NCBI GenBank assembly: GCA_001179505.1
Contig: CDMY01000422.1
Span: 16,075 to 80,074 of the forward strand
DNA length: 64,000 bases
Source of the DNA: Vitrella brassicaformis CCMP3155
Taxonomy: Eukaryota > Protista > Chromerida
Reading direction: 5' to 3'
Shown here: one piece after another, positions 12,060 through 23,892 of the stretch
How positions within the stretch are numbered: the first letter of the stretch is position 1
How the letters are laid out: the number at the start of each line of letters is the position of its first letter
Position numbers and translations under genes: made by a program
The notes under the pieces: generated by a model
Told to the model about the DNA's origin: nothing
Seen by the model: only the letters and a program-made list of their open reading frames with translations
Database searches by the model: none

Positions 12060-13088
12060 GTGTGTGCAGACGATGGTGCAGCCTGCCAAGAGGAATGTGG
12101 CAAGACTCGTATGATCCCTGAATCGTTCGCATCCGTGCCTCTGCCATCCGGGGCTCCCAGTCGGGTGTATCATCGCGGCATGCCATCGTTGACCAGCAGC
12201 ATCCCTGTGCCTACCCGTGAGCCGGTGCCAGAGGATGACAGCAGCATCCCATCGTATCCGACTACACCGAGAAGCTGGCGAGGGGAAGCAGGGCACAACT
12301 TGGTGTTGTTCCAGATGCCCTCCAGGCCTGGACAGGAGGAGGGTGACGAGGGGGACGGCGAGGCAAGTGAGCTCATGTCGTTGAGAGACGGGGAGGCCAA
12401 CCCAGCGCCAGCGGGCGGGACGGCGCAATCCAAGGACAGGCCGCACTCCATCGAGGGAGACAGCGACTCCTCGTCATCGCACGGCGGAACGGACAGGTCC
12501 GTGCAGAGCGCTGTGCACACGCCGCCAGACACACAATGCGCTCTAGACTGCTTTGCGACCGGTGCGGACTGCGTTATGTGCAGTCCCATCCCGATGCCCT
12601 CACAGCCCGGCCAGGGCCCGCCCTACGGGTTTGCGCACCTGAGACAACTCTCAACGGGCCCAGCAGCAGTTCAAACATCTGACGGCTATCCCTCCTGCAT
12701 CGACACGTCTGCCATCCGCTGTTGCCGCCTACCGAGAGGCATTAGCCCCGTCTTCGTCGCTGATGCAGGGCAAGTAGATGCGCCGCCGGGGGACAAGGCA
12801 GGCCAGTCCGAAGCGCCTAGCAGTGCCGAGCCTTTGCCTGCTGATGGTGAGTGCGAGCGCTCACTGGTCCTGAGCGTACTGGAAGATAGACAGGAGCGCA
12901 GTTCCAATATCAGTCCCAAGATGCTCCATCAGGTGAGCGCAAGGGAAAGGAGACATGCCGTCCTGCCGTGCATCTCTGCGTTGTCCATGCAGGTGTTGTC
13001 TAGTGACCCGTGTCGTCGTCGCCTACGTAGCTGCCTCGGGGACTTGTGCACGACCTGCATTCCAATGCCTCAACACGTGGACTGGTAA
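12060..13088 (+). CDS. Low-complexity (S/P/G/A/D-rich) exon of a hypothetical gene that probably spans ~11.3-13.9 kb
   Basis: 342-codon open frame with flanking splice-like signals; no recognised domain. Confidence 0.3.
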   Translation: MCADDGAACQEECGKTRMIPESFASVPLPSGAPSRVYHRGMPSLTSSIPVPTREPVPEDDSSIPSYPTTPRSWRGEAGHNLVLFQMPSRPGQEEGDEGDGEASELMSLRDGEANPAPAGGTAQSKDRPHSIEGDSDSSSSHGGTDRSVQSAVHTPPDTQCALDCFATGADCVMCSPIPMPSQPGQGPPYGFAHLRQLSTGPAAVQTSDGYPSCIDTSAIRCCRLPRGISPVFVADAGQVDAPPGDKAGQSEAPSSAEPLPADGECERSLVLSVLEDRQERSSNISPKMLHQVSARERRHAVLPCISALSMQVLSSDPCRRRLRSCLGDLCTTCIPMPQHVDW

Positions 13089-14554
13089 GGCCGCGCGCAA
13101 ACGAGGGTGTGTGGTGGGATTCGCAGGTGGACCACCCTTCTTGTTGGCAGCGCTTTGCTGATCGATACAGCCAGTCACGAATCCCTTGTACAGGTCGGCA
13201 TTTTCATATGAATCCCTGCCTGATCTCCTCGTTCCGTCTACTATCCTTCCCGTCTTTTTCTGCCCTAGCCCTCCGTGGCCGGGTGCATTCCACAGCAGTC
13301 TTCCAGGCAACGGAAGCTCATTTGCGGCATAAGGTGCGCAGTAGGGGATGCATCAGGGGAGTGAATACGGACGACAGGCCAGGCCGGGTCACTGATTTAC
13401 AATACATCACCTGTTTTTATTGCATGAAGGCGCATAGCCCTATGGCGTTCTTCTCTGCCTCCCCTGAGCGCCTGCCGGCCATTCCATGTGGTGGGGCTCT
13501 CCAGCTATACTGTCGTCGGGGGCCGCAGAGATGACGATGGGCTCGAAGTATGGATAGCGAGCACCAGAGGGGCGCGACTGGATGGCCCGGCGCATCTGTT
13601 GGAGAGGCCGACTTACGGCACTCGCGTGGCGCTGTCGACAGTGAAGAACATGCTCCAGACGGCGCCGTCCTTGTTGCAAGTGCGGGAAGTGCATGGAGAA
13701 GAACCCGATGCGGCTGCGAGCAGTGTCCCGCACGAGACCTCCGCTCTTTTGTGGCTGGTGGAGACGATGAGCAGAGGATGCACGTTGCCTGTCACGAAAT
13801 AGATGGAGACACTAGTTCATGGATGGGGACTACTCCAAACGGAATGACGACATTGAAAGAACCCGGGCTGGACGGGGAGTCATGCCGTCCAATTTGATGC
13901 CGTCTCGCAGGACACCTGGCATCTGTGAGTACCAGGGTACATTACTGGTGGCGGATACGGACTCGGACAGTGCCGGTGGTTGCTTTTCTTAGCTAGGCGG
14001 TGGTGTGGGTGGCCCGCTTTGTCCAGTGTGTGTGTGGAAAAATACTGTTGAATGAAAAATGGATTGGAATAGTTTGACGCAAGATGAAGTTTGGGAGAGC
14101 TATATAATGCGAAGGGCAGCGAAGGAGCGCCGACGACAGGTCAGTTCATCTGAGTGATGCATGTGTCTCCGCGCCGGTCTGCGCTTCGTGCATCCCTCAC
14201 TCCAGCAAAGGGGCCGAGAGTAAACAACCTTCACTGTCTGCAGATACGTATCGTGACAGGGGCTGGATATTCGTGAGGCACCACACAAAAAAGCACGTGC
14301 CGTAGGGTATGCACGGACCTAAGACACTGATGGCAGGCTCCTCTAGTACATATATATCTCAGCTTGAAAAGCCAGACAGAATAAAGGCCTACACCCACCC
14401 GTCCACCCCATCTCGGTCATCCATCAGTCAACAAGACCTACATATGTCGATCTACATATTGGTCTACGTAGAGAATCGAAAAAGGTATCAACGGGGAAAA
14501 TTTCCCTCACCATATGAAATACACCATACACAGATAGGGAGTGGGCAACTAATC

Positions 14555-17050
14555 TCATTGACAACACTTCGTGCCCAACAGATGCTCGTACTTGAGCAGA
14601 AGAGCTTCCTTAATTGCTTCCAGCTTCCCATGGGTGCTCCATGGAAAGATCGCTCTGCACTCTTTCTTGTTGCGCTGGTGCTTCATCACACAGCGCTTGT
14701 TGGCCGAATCGAGCGTGCACCCTGTCTTCTTGAGAGGTGGCAGTTCGTGTTTGGCGATCACATCGAGTGCAGCTTCGACGGCCGTCAGCTGCCGCCCATC
14801 CAGGCCCGTGAGCTGGGGCCCTGCCTCCTCGGTGTCATGCATGTCAACCGATGGCGCACACTCGCCGCACTCACCATCCTCCAGGTGCTGCCGTTTGCGC
14901 AGGAGAGCAGCAAGCAGCGCTTCCATGCTGGTGGGGTAGTCGACCGTGCCTGAAGTGAACGGACTCCGTGTGGCTCATCAACTGCACGCACGCATAGAAC
15001 AATACTGCTGATGGGTCAGATCTCAACGAATCTACGTGATATGTTTCTATTCGTACCCATGCCGACGGAGGCCTGTGGGAAACTCCAATCCGAAAGTGAG
15101 GAGACACCTCACGTCGCTCTCGTATGGCGGCCTCGACCTCCTCGATGACACTGTTGATGCACTTGACTTTCAGACTCTGAGTCTCCTGTTTCTTGAATTC
15201 CTCCCACCCTGGCCCCCGTCAATGCATTTGGGACAGCCATGGCCCTGCAGGTGCTGCTTCCTGCACTCCAGGGCGGCCAGCAGTGCCCCCCTCTCTCCGT
15301 CGTACAGTTGATGTTTGCGGAAATAACGCTGACACGTCGAATGCCATGCAAGCCATCCTCCCGTCCGACCGTGGGTAGGGCGATGCTGCCGACGTCGACC
15401 GACTTGTTGTTGGTCTCCTCGATGGCCCTCTCGACGTCCTTGATCTCTCGCTGCTGGTACTCCTCGTACCGTTGTTGCGCTGTCTGCGCTGCCTGGCGGA
15501 GGGCTGCTGCCACCTGGCCACGACGTGTGTGAGTGGCGGGGAGAGGGGCGGGGGAAGGATCCTGGGGAGGGGGGAGGGGGTATACTTGCCGCGGGGAGGG
15601 ATCTTACGCAGGTCGGGCTGGGGGTGGCCATCAGGGACAGGGGAGAGAGGAACAGTGCGGGAAGTGTCTGACTTGACCTAAAACAGCACAAGACACTCGC
15701 GGCGATTCGTATGTGCGGGCTGATTCGTACCTCGCCATCGATGCCTATGTAGACTGGGTACACGGGCTTGTGTCGGTTGTAGTACCTCAGATCCTCGAAC
15801 TCCTCGGGCAACTCCGTCTTGTCAAATGCATCACGGCCAGCGCCATCGCGAGGGACAATGCACCAGCTCATCACCTGCCACAACACAGACACGACAGTGG
15901 ATAGATCCCTCAGACATATCAGGTTGTGCCACAGCTTCGTACCTGCGCGATCGATGGCGGTTCGCCCCCATTGTACTTGCTGTACTGGTTGTCGACCATC
16001 GTGAGGAAGCAGTGGGCGGTCATCCTCATCCCAGGAAGACGATAGCGGTTCGAACAGGAGCAGAAGACGTCGTACAGCTGGAGGGCCTCTGCAGGAACAA
16101 AGAACATCAGCCCATGAGTGGATGCAAGTGCGTGTGTTGCATTGTGCATTGATAGATTGCCAACCTTTCGGACTCTTGAAGCTCCACCTTTTCTTGACGA
16201 CATCGAAGAACTTCTTCCAGTTGTTGCGCTCGTGGTTCCTGGCCCTTCCGTCCGTCCACACTGAGTCCACTGCTGCAAAGGGAACAGAAACAGACAAGAT
16301 GATGAGGGCCGATGTGTCCTTCTGCCTTGTTAAGACTTACCTGCAGCGGTGTGATGCTGTCGTCTCCCTGCAATCCAGCAGCCTGGTCGCACTCGGCTGC
16401 CTCTGCAGTATAGCCTTGCTGCCTGAGGTAGTCGCACACCGCCATGACGCCCCCTGTGTTGGTAGTCTGCCGTAGCACGGACACGTCCTCGCGGAAAGCG
16501 AGGGTCTGCATACAACACATGCCAAGCAGCCACGTCCAAGCCGCCTGTTTCGTTTGTGAGGGGGTTTGCAGTTCACCTGCTTGAGCGTTTCGTAGAGTTT
16601 GTCGAACTCCTTCTTGATGCAGGTGGGGTCGATAGAGTGGAAATCGTGCACCTTCTCAGAAACAACGACTACCTGAATCGACACGCGGACAAGGAAGAGA
16701 TTGTCTGATTAGTGCGGTATCGCCAGGTGTTTCCTTTGTTTACGTGGCGCTTGTGAGCTGCTTTGTGTGGCTTCAAGAGCTCTTCAAAGAAGGAGGGAAA
16801 GTCCATCGGTACCATCTCTCGCAGCTCCGAGTCGCCCTTGAAGAGGCCGTATTTCCATGCCGCAGGATCAGACTTGCCCTTGATAGGACGGCTCTTCCAC
16901 CAATATGGGTAGACCTGCGATGGTGTAGAGCCCGGCTCCCCCTGTGGACTACAGATGTTGCTCACGTCCCATACGACGATCATGAGCTGTCCAGGTGGAA
17001 AACCCAGCGGCCTGGAGGGTGGGTAATGTGTTTGTGCAATGGTTTGACCT
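14555..17050 (-). pseudogene. Multi-exon gene with three tandem AP2-like repeats and a possible N-terminal PWWP-like segment; about three frameshifts
   Basis: Repeat c: TGCTLDSANKRCVMKHQRNKKECRAIFPWSTHGKLEAIKEALLLKYEH fits the AP2 pattern (G..D...W/C.....F....G...A...A...K). Repeats a and b are recoverable only by frame changes near 15360, 15205 and 14965. Intron 14982-15056 is conserved with the 31 kb paralog. Confidence 0.65.
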
Positions 17051-17629
17051 GAAAAACCAAAACGGTCAGCACAATACCATACCGAGACACGGGATTGAAG
17101 AAAATCTATGGGGATGAAGGAAAGGCTTGCTGGGTTCCTTCCTCATGGCAGTTCATGTCCATATGTCGGTTGCGCCTCCTCTGTCGACCTCCGCAGGCGG
17201 CCGCGGCCCTTCTTTTTCCTCCTCTTCATCGCCGTGCAGACCTCTCAGTCGGTGCAGACCCTCTGAAGGAAGGAAAGAGAGGGAAAGGCCGAAATCGCAC
17301 TGACGCAGTGGATGCACAGAATGAACGGGAGGATGGCTGGGCTAGAAGTGCTCGATCAGCTCTGTCTCCAGAATTTCGTGGACGGCAGAATCCCCTCTCC
17401 TCCACGCATTTGCGTCGGAGAATGCATGGGAGAATGTGATGAGAATGCTCTGACGGCGAGAAGGGAGTGGGCCCAGCCATAGGCAGACGACATAGGAGAC
17501 GGCCCCATCGAGAGGCTAAACTACATCCCAGGTTGGCAACGGGTGTATTCCGAGTCGTGAGGCGTAAATTCAAGGAGTCCAGGGAGAATTAGACCCACGA
17601 TCAACAAACCCGGTCAAAACGGATCTCTA

Positions 17630-19380
17630 TTTTGTGGTCGGTCACCCCCCGATGGGTGTAGCTGCTGTGGCCAGCACTGGTGACGGCTTGGGCAGGCAGG
17701 CACTCACCAGTGTGGGATTGACATACGGACGAAGCCGACGAAGGTCCTCCAGAATCTTGGGGTCATTCCACGGACCTGAACACACACACACAACACCGTC
17801 ACGTCACCACACACTAATCCCCGCCTCAAACGCATTCGTGTGCGTGTGCGTGTGCGTGTCGTCTGTCATTTGTCCTCTGTCTCGTGTCGGCAGAAAGTGC
17901 CTGACTGGCTGGCTAGCTGGCTGCGCACCTCTGTTCCAGCTCATCCATTCTTCAGGATTTGAGTACTTGTTTGTCCCACCTGACGGAGAGACCGACGCAC
18001 AAGCATCACATAACAATTGCCTCGTCTCACACAAGCCTGTCCGACCAAGGAAGTCCGGGAGCTGGTCGTCATCGGCAAACTGAGATAGAATGGGCCTGAG
18101 ATGGACATATCACAGACACCCGCCCGCGCACACCGCACAAGCACACCAGTGAATATCTTCTCCAGCCATCCTTTCATGTGGATTGTCACTTGAAGCTCTT
18201 GATGTCACCGCATAGCTGAATCTTCTTGACCGTCTTCTGAGATGCCAGGGCACGCGGGCACTTGTGTGAAGGAACAGAGGGGTATGATCCGTGTGAGTAT
18301 GTGCTAGCTCACTTCATCGAGGAGTGGTTTGACGAACTGCCATATGACGTTGAACACGGTTGGAGTGTTGACGATGATCATATTACCTGCGGCCATCCAT
18401 TCCATCGACAGCTCCTTATCAAGCTCTTTCGTTTCGCTGGCGTGGCTGTCGCCCCCCTCCCCCTCTCACCCAGTGATTCTGGGTAGTAGTCTTGACAGAC
18501 ACCCGTGAGCTTCTTGACGATGGTGCGAGTCTGCGTCCCAAAGTGGCGAAGACCTGCACAAGACATGTATGCACACATGCGGACAGGCCAGAGAGAACAG
18601 ACATGGAATAGTTCGTCGTCCGTAAAGGAGGATGGACGTACGTACCCAGCCCCGAGAGGTCGAGGACGGTGAGTGACTGTGAGATTCTCTTGCCCGACTT
18701 GACACTGCAGGCGGGGAAACGGACCTCCAACACTGAATTCACATTAAGTAGAGGGGTGCTTCACACCCTGTGCAGACTCCTTGTGATCCCGGCTGCTTTC
18801 GCGCGCGCCCTCCTTGTCTCCCGCCCACCCTTGTTGTACATTTTTCGTAGTCTTGCACCCAGTATTCCAGCAGGCGCTCGAAGTTGCAGTTCTCGAGCAG
18901 AGATGCGACATCGATGGAGCCTATCCGTTCGACGTAGATGGGGCGGCCTGAGCACGCAGACGAGAAAACGCAGTCAGCCACCCAGCCAGATGCACGGCTG
19001 GACCCGTCTGCACGTGACAATTGGTGGGTGAGAGGCTGACCGTCTTTTGCCACTCCGTGATAGCCGTGGGGGTAGAACTTCCTTATGACCCTGGTCTCGG
19101 GGAACTCGCCCTCCTGACCACACAACACAGATGACATCCATCCATCATCAGGTTGGTTGGTTACGTTGACGATTCTGTCGACTCCGAATTCCTCCCTCCA
19201 CTTGATGTAGTTTTTGATCATGATGAGTGATTTGTCGAGGTCGAACTTCCTCGCGCGCAGGAAGCGAAGCAGGAATTGGTCGTCGTACCTGGGGTGGGAT
19301 AGGAGCTCTCCGAGAGAACTCTTAAAGGCCATCAGCGTTCTCTCCTGCTCCTCACTCAAATCACCCACGAAACCTGACAT
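17630..19380 (-). CDS. SEC14/CRAL-TRIO lipid-binding protein, multi-exon (3' end approximate)
   Basis: [16 protein letters not shown]...[36 protein letters not shown]; [13 protein letters not shown]; RPIYVERIG; QDYYPESLG; GPWNDP. Confidence 0.92.
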
Positions 19381-19808
19381 CTTGACTCGGTACACAAGAT
19401 GCTCCGTAGGATCTAAAGAAAGGAAGGCGGGAGGACCGGGCGGGAAGCAGATACACGCTGCAATGGCTGACGGAAGTCTTTCTCCACGCTGTTCAGCTGC
19501 GGATCTCCACCCATGAGGTACATCCAAGAAGATCGCATGCGAGCCTAAAGCCAAGCTCGCGGGAAATTTGTTCTTTCTCCGGTTCGTGATGAGTTTCCGC
19601 ATACAACACGCAATACGTCTGTGGCTTCAACAATTGAGCCCTTCTCACGCGCGAGCTAAAAAAGCAGATCTGCAACAAAAGAACGGGTGCACAGCCAGAA
19701 TTTGATGAGACTGGAGACTGGTGAGAATTTGATGAACAAACCAAGACAGATCTACGAGACATGATGTGATGTATTGATGGGTATTAGTTCGTTAGCATAA
19801 CGCGGAGA

Positions 19809-22679
19809 ATGGCTTTCGCATCGACCTCTCACACGAAGGTTGACGCCAACAGTGTACAACGTGCGGTAGGAACGTGCTGCCACAGCTGCCCACATGAGGG
19901 TGTCCATGTGTTCTGTGTGTACGGCAGCTGTCCGAGTGTCACCCTGAGGGTGCGCGTGAACTTGGTGAGCTGTTGGCGATGGCCCGGCAGGCCGAGGAGG
20001 CCACTGTGCGCCGAATCGCGGTCTTGGAGGAAGCGCTGGCACCCACCTGGGATCCAAGAAAAGACGTATGGGCCCACGATACGCCATTGTGAAACGTATG
20101 ACTGCACCACGACCTGACTGACTGTATTTGGGTGGTTCAGTTCGATATGACGGCCGACCGCCCAAAGCAGGACGTGAGCACTCGAGCACAGATGTATGTA
20201 TGAATTCACTGCCGCACGTACGTCCTTTTGTTTGTGTGGTGATGCTGTCAGCCTGGGGTGTGCCGGCTCCGTGTGTTCATCTACAACAGCGCTACTAATC
20301 AGCCACGGGACCCTGATGGGGGACTTGCCAGCTTCACCCACGAGGCACGGAGGGCAGGGAGGAGGCTGTCCGTATGTTGGATGGATGCATGAATGGAGGA
20401 CAGGGGAACGTAAATATCTGTGTGTGCGGGTTGCTGGGGCATTCACCCCCCTGGTGCAGGATTGGAGTCGCAAGGACCCTCCTTCCTGGACACTTCGCAT
20501 ACAGGGGACCGTTGACGACACGCAGGTACGTCAAGGCGTAGTACACGGAGCCCGTCGCAGCGGCAGCGCAGTAGCTTGACAACAGCCAACGTCCAGAGCA
20601 CCTTTGTTGTTTGATTTACTGTCAGAGAGCCCTCGGCGCGAAGCTGACGTCCTTCGTCAGCAAGATAGTGATCATTACGAAAGATGAAACCATCATAGTA
20701 AGTTGCTCACGGGGTGGTTTAGGACAGAGGCAAAGAAGGTGTGTCCCTCTCATGGGTTTGTTGTGCGTACAGTGGGACAGGAGGTCTTACGAGGGCCCTG
20801 ACGTCGATGGCATCGAACTCAAACGTACAGGAAATCAGGTACGAGGCACAAAGGAGGAGAAAGGGAGAGAGGAAGAAAGGACACGGACAGAGAAGGAGGC
20901 ACAGGTGGTGGAAAACAAAGAGCTCCCTCGGCCGCTGTCTCCGCGTATGGTCGCCTCCACAGGAGATGGCGGTGCGCGTCCTGCTGTTCCTCGATTACAA
21001 GACACCGCAATACACCGTAGGCAGCTATCCACATGCAGCCGGGCACCGACGCCTCCATCCAGTGACACGAGCCAGCCATTCACTTCCCCTCCCATCCTCC
21101 CTCCCCCGTTCCCTCCTCGTGTTATCATCCAACACCTGCAGTTGAGTCAAGAGCTGACGCAGCTCACAGGGGGGACACAACAGGCTTCACTGGCTGGTAC
21201 GCAACTGTGCGCCACTTATATGGCCACGTACATTAATGCATACGAGGGGATTGTGTTTCATCCGTGCGGTGGTGTGCCAGGCGTAATCAAGAAGATATGC
21301 GAGTACGCCAGGACGAGGGGGGGGTTCCTGCCGGGCCCACATTTCGCCATCAAGGCAGACGCAGCCATCAAGAAGGTATGCATGGTGGTATAACACAAAC
21401 GGATATGAAGTTATGATTGAGTGAATGAATGGATTGCCCACGTGGTACAGCTGTTTCCGTCGGTAGGGGATTCAGTGTCCCTTTCGAGCCTGCCTGACCT
21501 GTGCCGGCCTCACCTGCGGCCGCCTAAGCCCATCGAAGTCACTCACCAACTCAAGTGAGTCAATCTGTCCTGATAACACAGTCAGGCTGGACTGACCGAC
21601 CAACTCACAGATCAAGGCAGTCAGGTGGCAGGCAGGCTTACCGGGAGTGTATGTGCAGACTGCATTGTGACTGGATCGACACGGAGACGTCATACGAAAT
21701 ATGCATAGAGGTAAACAAGCTACATCTGAGGTTGATACATATGTACTCTTTACGATGCACGAGGCGTCCACGCCGCTGCCCTCCCTCTCCCCCTCTCCCT
21801 ACCCCGCTCATTCCCTCGTTCTCCCTCTCTCCCTTGTCTGAATGGTGCTGTGCTGCATGTGTGAGCAGACCCCTCATTTGCTTCATACTGACCTCTCCAA
21901 GGCCCTGCATGGCCAGCCTAGTATAGCTGAAGCCAGGCGCCAGATCGAGGTAGCTGACGAACAGGTAGGGACGCCCCTTGTTGGCCGTGGAGGCGGGCAG
22001 GCAAGGTTGAACCTCTACCTGCACGGCTGTCCTGCCCTTGGCCCTTCAGGTATCCAAGATCCTGGAGCGGATTCAGCATCACATCAGGAGGCGAAACCAC
22101 ATGCTGGCCTTCGCAAACTCACCTGTGGAGGTAGGCACGGATGTAATTCCACTAAAATCCAAACCCATGTGTTCACATCAGTGCAGGCAGCTCCAGTAAG
22201 TAGACACATAGACAGCTCAGGGACACACACTAATGAACCATCTGCGTGCGTGGATCATTCTGTGGCTGCCTATAAGTCTAAATGTGTGTATCTGGGGCAG
22301 TTTCTGCACGCGGTCCTCAGCTCGGGCTCACAAGCAGTCCCCGCGGTCAGTTGACATACGTACTTACATGCTTGACATCACGCCGTACCTGTGATGTGGG
22401 ATCTTGTCGTTGTGCCATCCCCGCCTACGTTGGATGCAGTCCTGGCCTCTGTCCTCTGCCGACGATTGTTTCGAATCTCGACGCCCCGAGAGGGATGCAG
22501 TATTCTTCGCACAGGTACCTAGCCCAGCGACGAGTCAGTCGTCCATCGCCGAATCACTCATCCATCCACGGGTGTGGCTGGCTGTATCTGCGTGGGCTCG
22601 TATCGTGTCGCAGCCGTGGGTTCCCCCGGCGACTCAGCGATATTTGGAGCGTTCCCGTAGGTTGGGGAATCATGACTGA
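19809..22679 (+). CDS. SWI/SNF BAF60/SMARCD-like subunit (SWIB domain), multi-exon; start approximate
   Basis: ELLAMARQAEEATVRRIAVLEEALAP, RLRVFIYNS, WTLRIQG, LTSFVSKIVI, DGIELKRTGN, VRVLLFLDYKTPQY, ILERIQHHIRRRNHMLAFANSP and PWVPPATQRY match BAF60 blocks in order. Confidence 0.85.
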
Positions 22680-22974
22680 CCATGACGGTTAGAAAAGGAA
22701 GGACAACTGATCTCGCCGACCAAAATCGACTACTCAGTAAGTACATTCTCATTGATGATGATGCGCGACTCTTTCCGGTGACACAGCAACACACATTAGC
22801 CTGCGCGTTCCTCTCCTGAGGCTGGTCTGCTTTGATGCCCGCCTGGCCCTTTCTCCCTTTCTCCCTATTGGTCGGCTGTTGCGAGTGGATGGTGGTGTGT
22901 GGGCTTGAGCTGGCCACTTTTGGTCCGCCACGGCCACGTTCAAGCATGATTATCGTGAAGTGACACCTCTACCG

Positions 22975-23015
22975 CACCCCTCGGGGGCAAGGTCCCCCCG
23001 GGGTTACGAACGAAC
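22975..23015 (+). repeat. Solo copy of the LINE-associated hairpin/(CGAA)n tail motif
   Basis: CCCTCGGGGGCAAGGTCCCCCCGGGGTTACGAACGAACG matches the reverse complement of 915-960 and 278-310. Confidence 0.7.
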
Positions 23016-23419
23016 GACTTCTCAGAGTTGCCTTACCGAAGAAAATCCCGCCAAACGCCGAGAAAAGGGTTTTCACGCGACGTGAATGTTCCCCCTCCCC
23101 CGTCATAAACCAGGTAAGGCGCAACAGCGCAGGGAGAAGCTGTGAGAATATTCTTCTTCCTATGCGGGGTTTCTGCAAACGAGACCCGCCACTTGAGAGA
23201 TGCGCGCGACATCAAAAATAGAAAAGGGAGGATTGCAGGAGAAGGCGATAGGAAAGGACGTACAAAGAGAGCACGAATATGGAGAGGAAGGAGGGAGAGA
23301 GAGGTGAGGACCTGAGAGATCTCCGCCGTTGCGCTATGTCAATCTGTCCGAAACCTACTGATATTGTGTGGGTATTTCTATATATATATCGGTGTCTCCC
23401 TTGTCTACTCCATATTTGA

Positions 23420-23740
23420 CATCCGCCTCTGGTGTAGTGCATAGCCCAGCAACCGCCCTGCATTGCTTGATCCCCTCCGCAACCCCCTGAACAGTCGATC
23501 TCTCGGCCCACCCGTCACCTCCCTCGTCCCATTCAAAGCGCCCTCCAACCGCTCCAGCACAGGGCTAGGAAGCACCTCCCCAGCCATGCCGTGACCCTCC
23601 ACGAACCCCTGAATGACGTCATATGCGGCCTCGAGCTCCATCTCGGCATCGGACAATGCAGTGCTGGGCCGGGCACCCACCTGCTGAGCGGCCGACGACA
23701 GAAGCACCACCGCATCCGTCTGTGCTGCAGACGGTGATGT
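23420..23740 (-). CDS. Fragment of an unknown gene family, paralogous to 9760-10090
   Basis: Open frame TDAVVLLSS...EMELEAAYDVIQGFVEGHGMAGEVLPSPVLERLEGAL; DNA similarity to the 9.8-10.1 kb block. Confidence 0.45.
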
Positions 23741-23892
23741 CGCAGTGGGAGAGGGGGCGGGCGACTCGATCGGGGAGATGGGAGGGAAAGAGGGCCCTTC
23801 CCAAGGCCACCCACCCCGCCAGCCCCCTGTCCATCTCTCCCCCCCCCCTCGCCGAATAACATCTCTTTCTTCTTGCACCACCTTCCCCCCTC

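Noticed and set aside
16337-16684. C5 DNA methyltransferase motifs (ENV-like, GY..G..Q)
   Set aside because: No FxGxG or PC motif, and the splice-consistent downstream frame does not give QxRxR.
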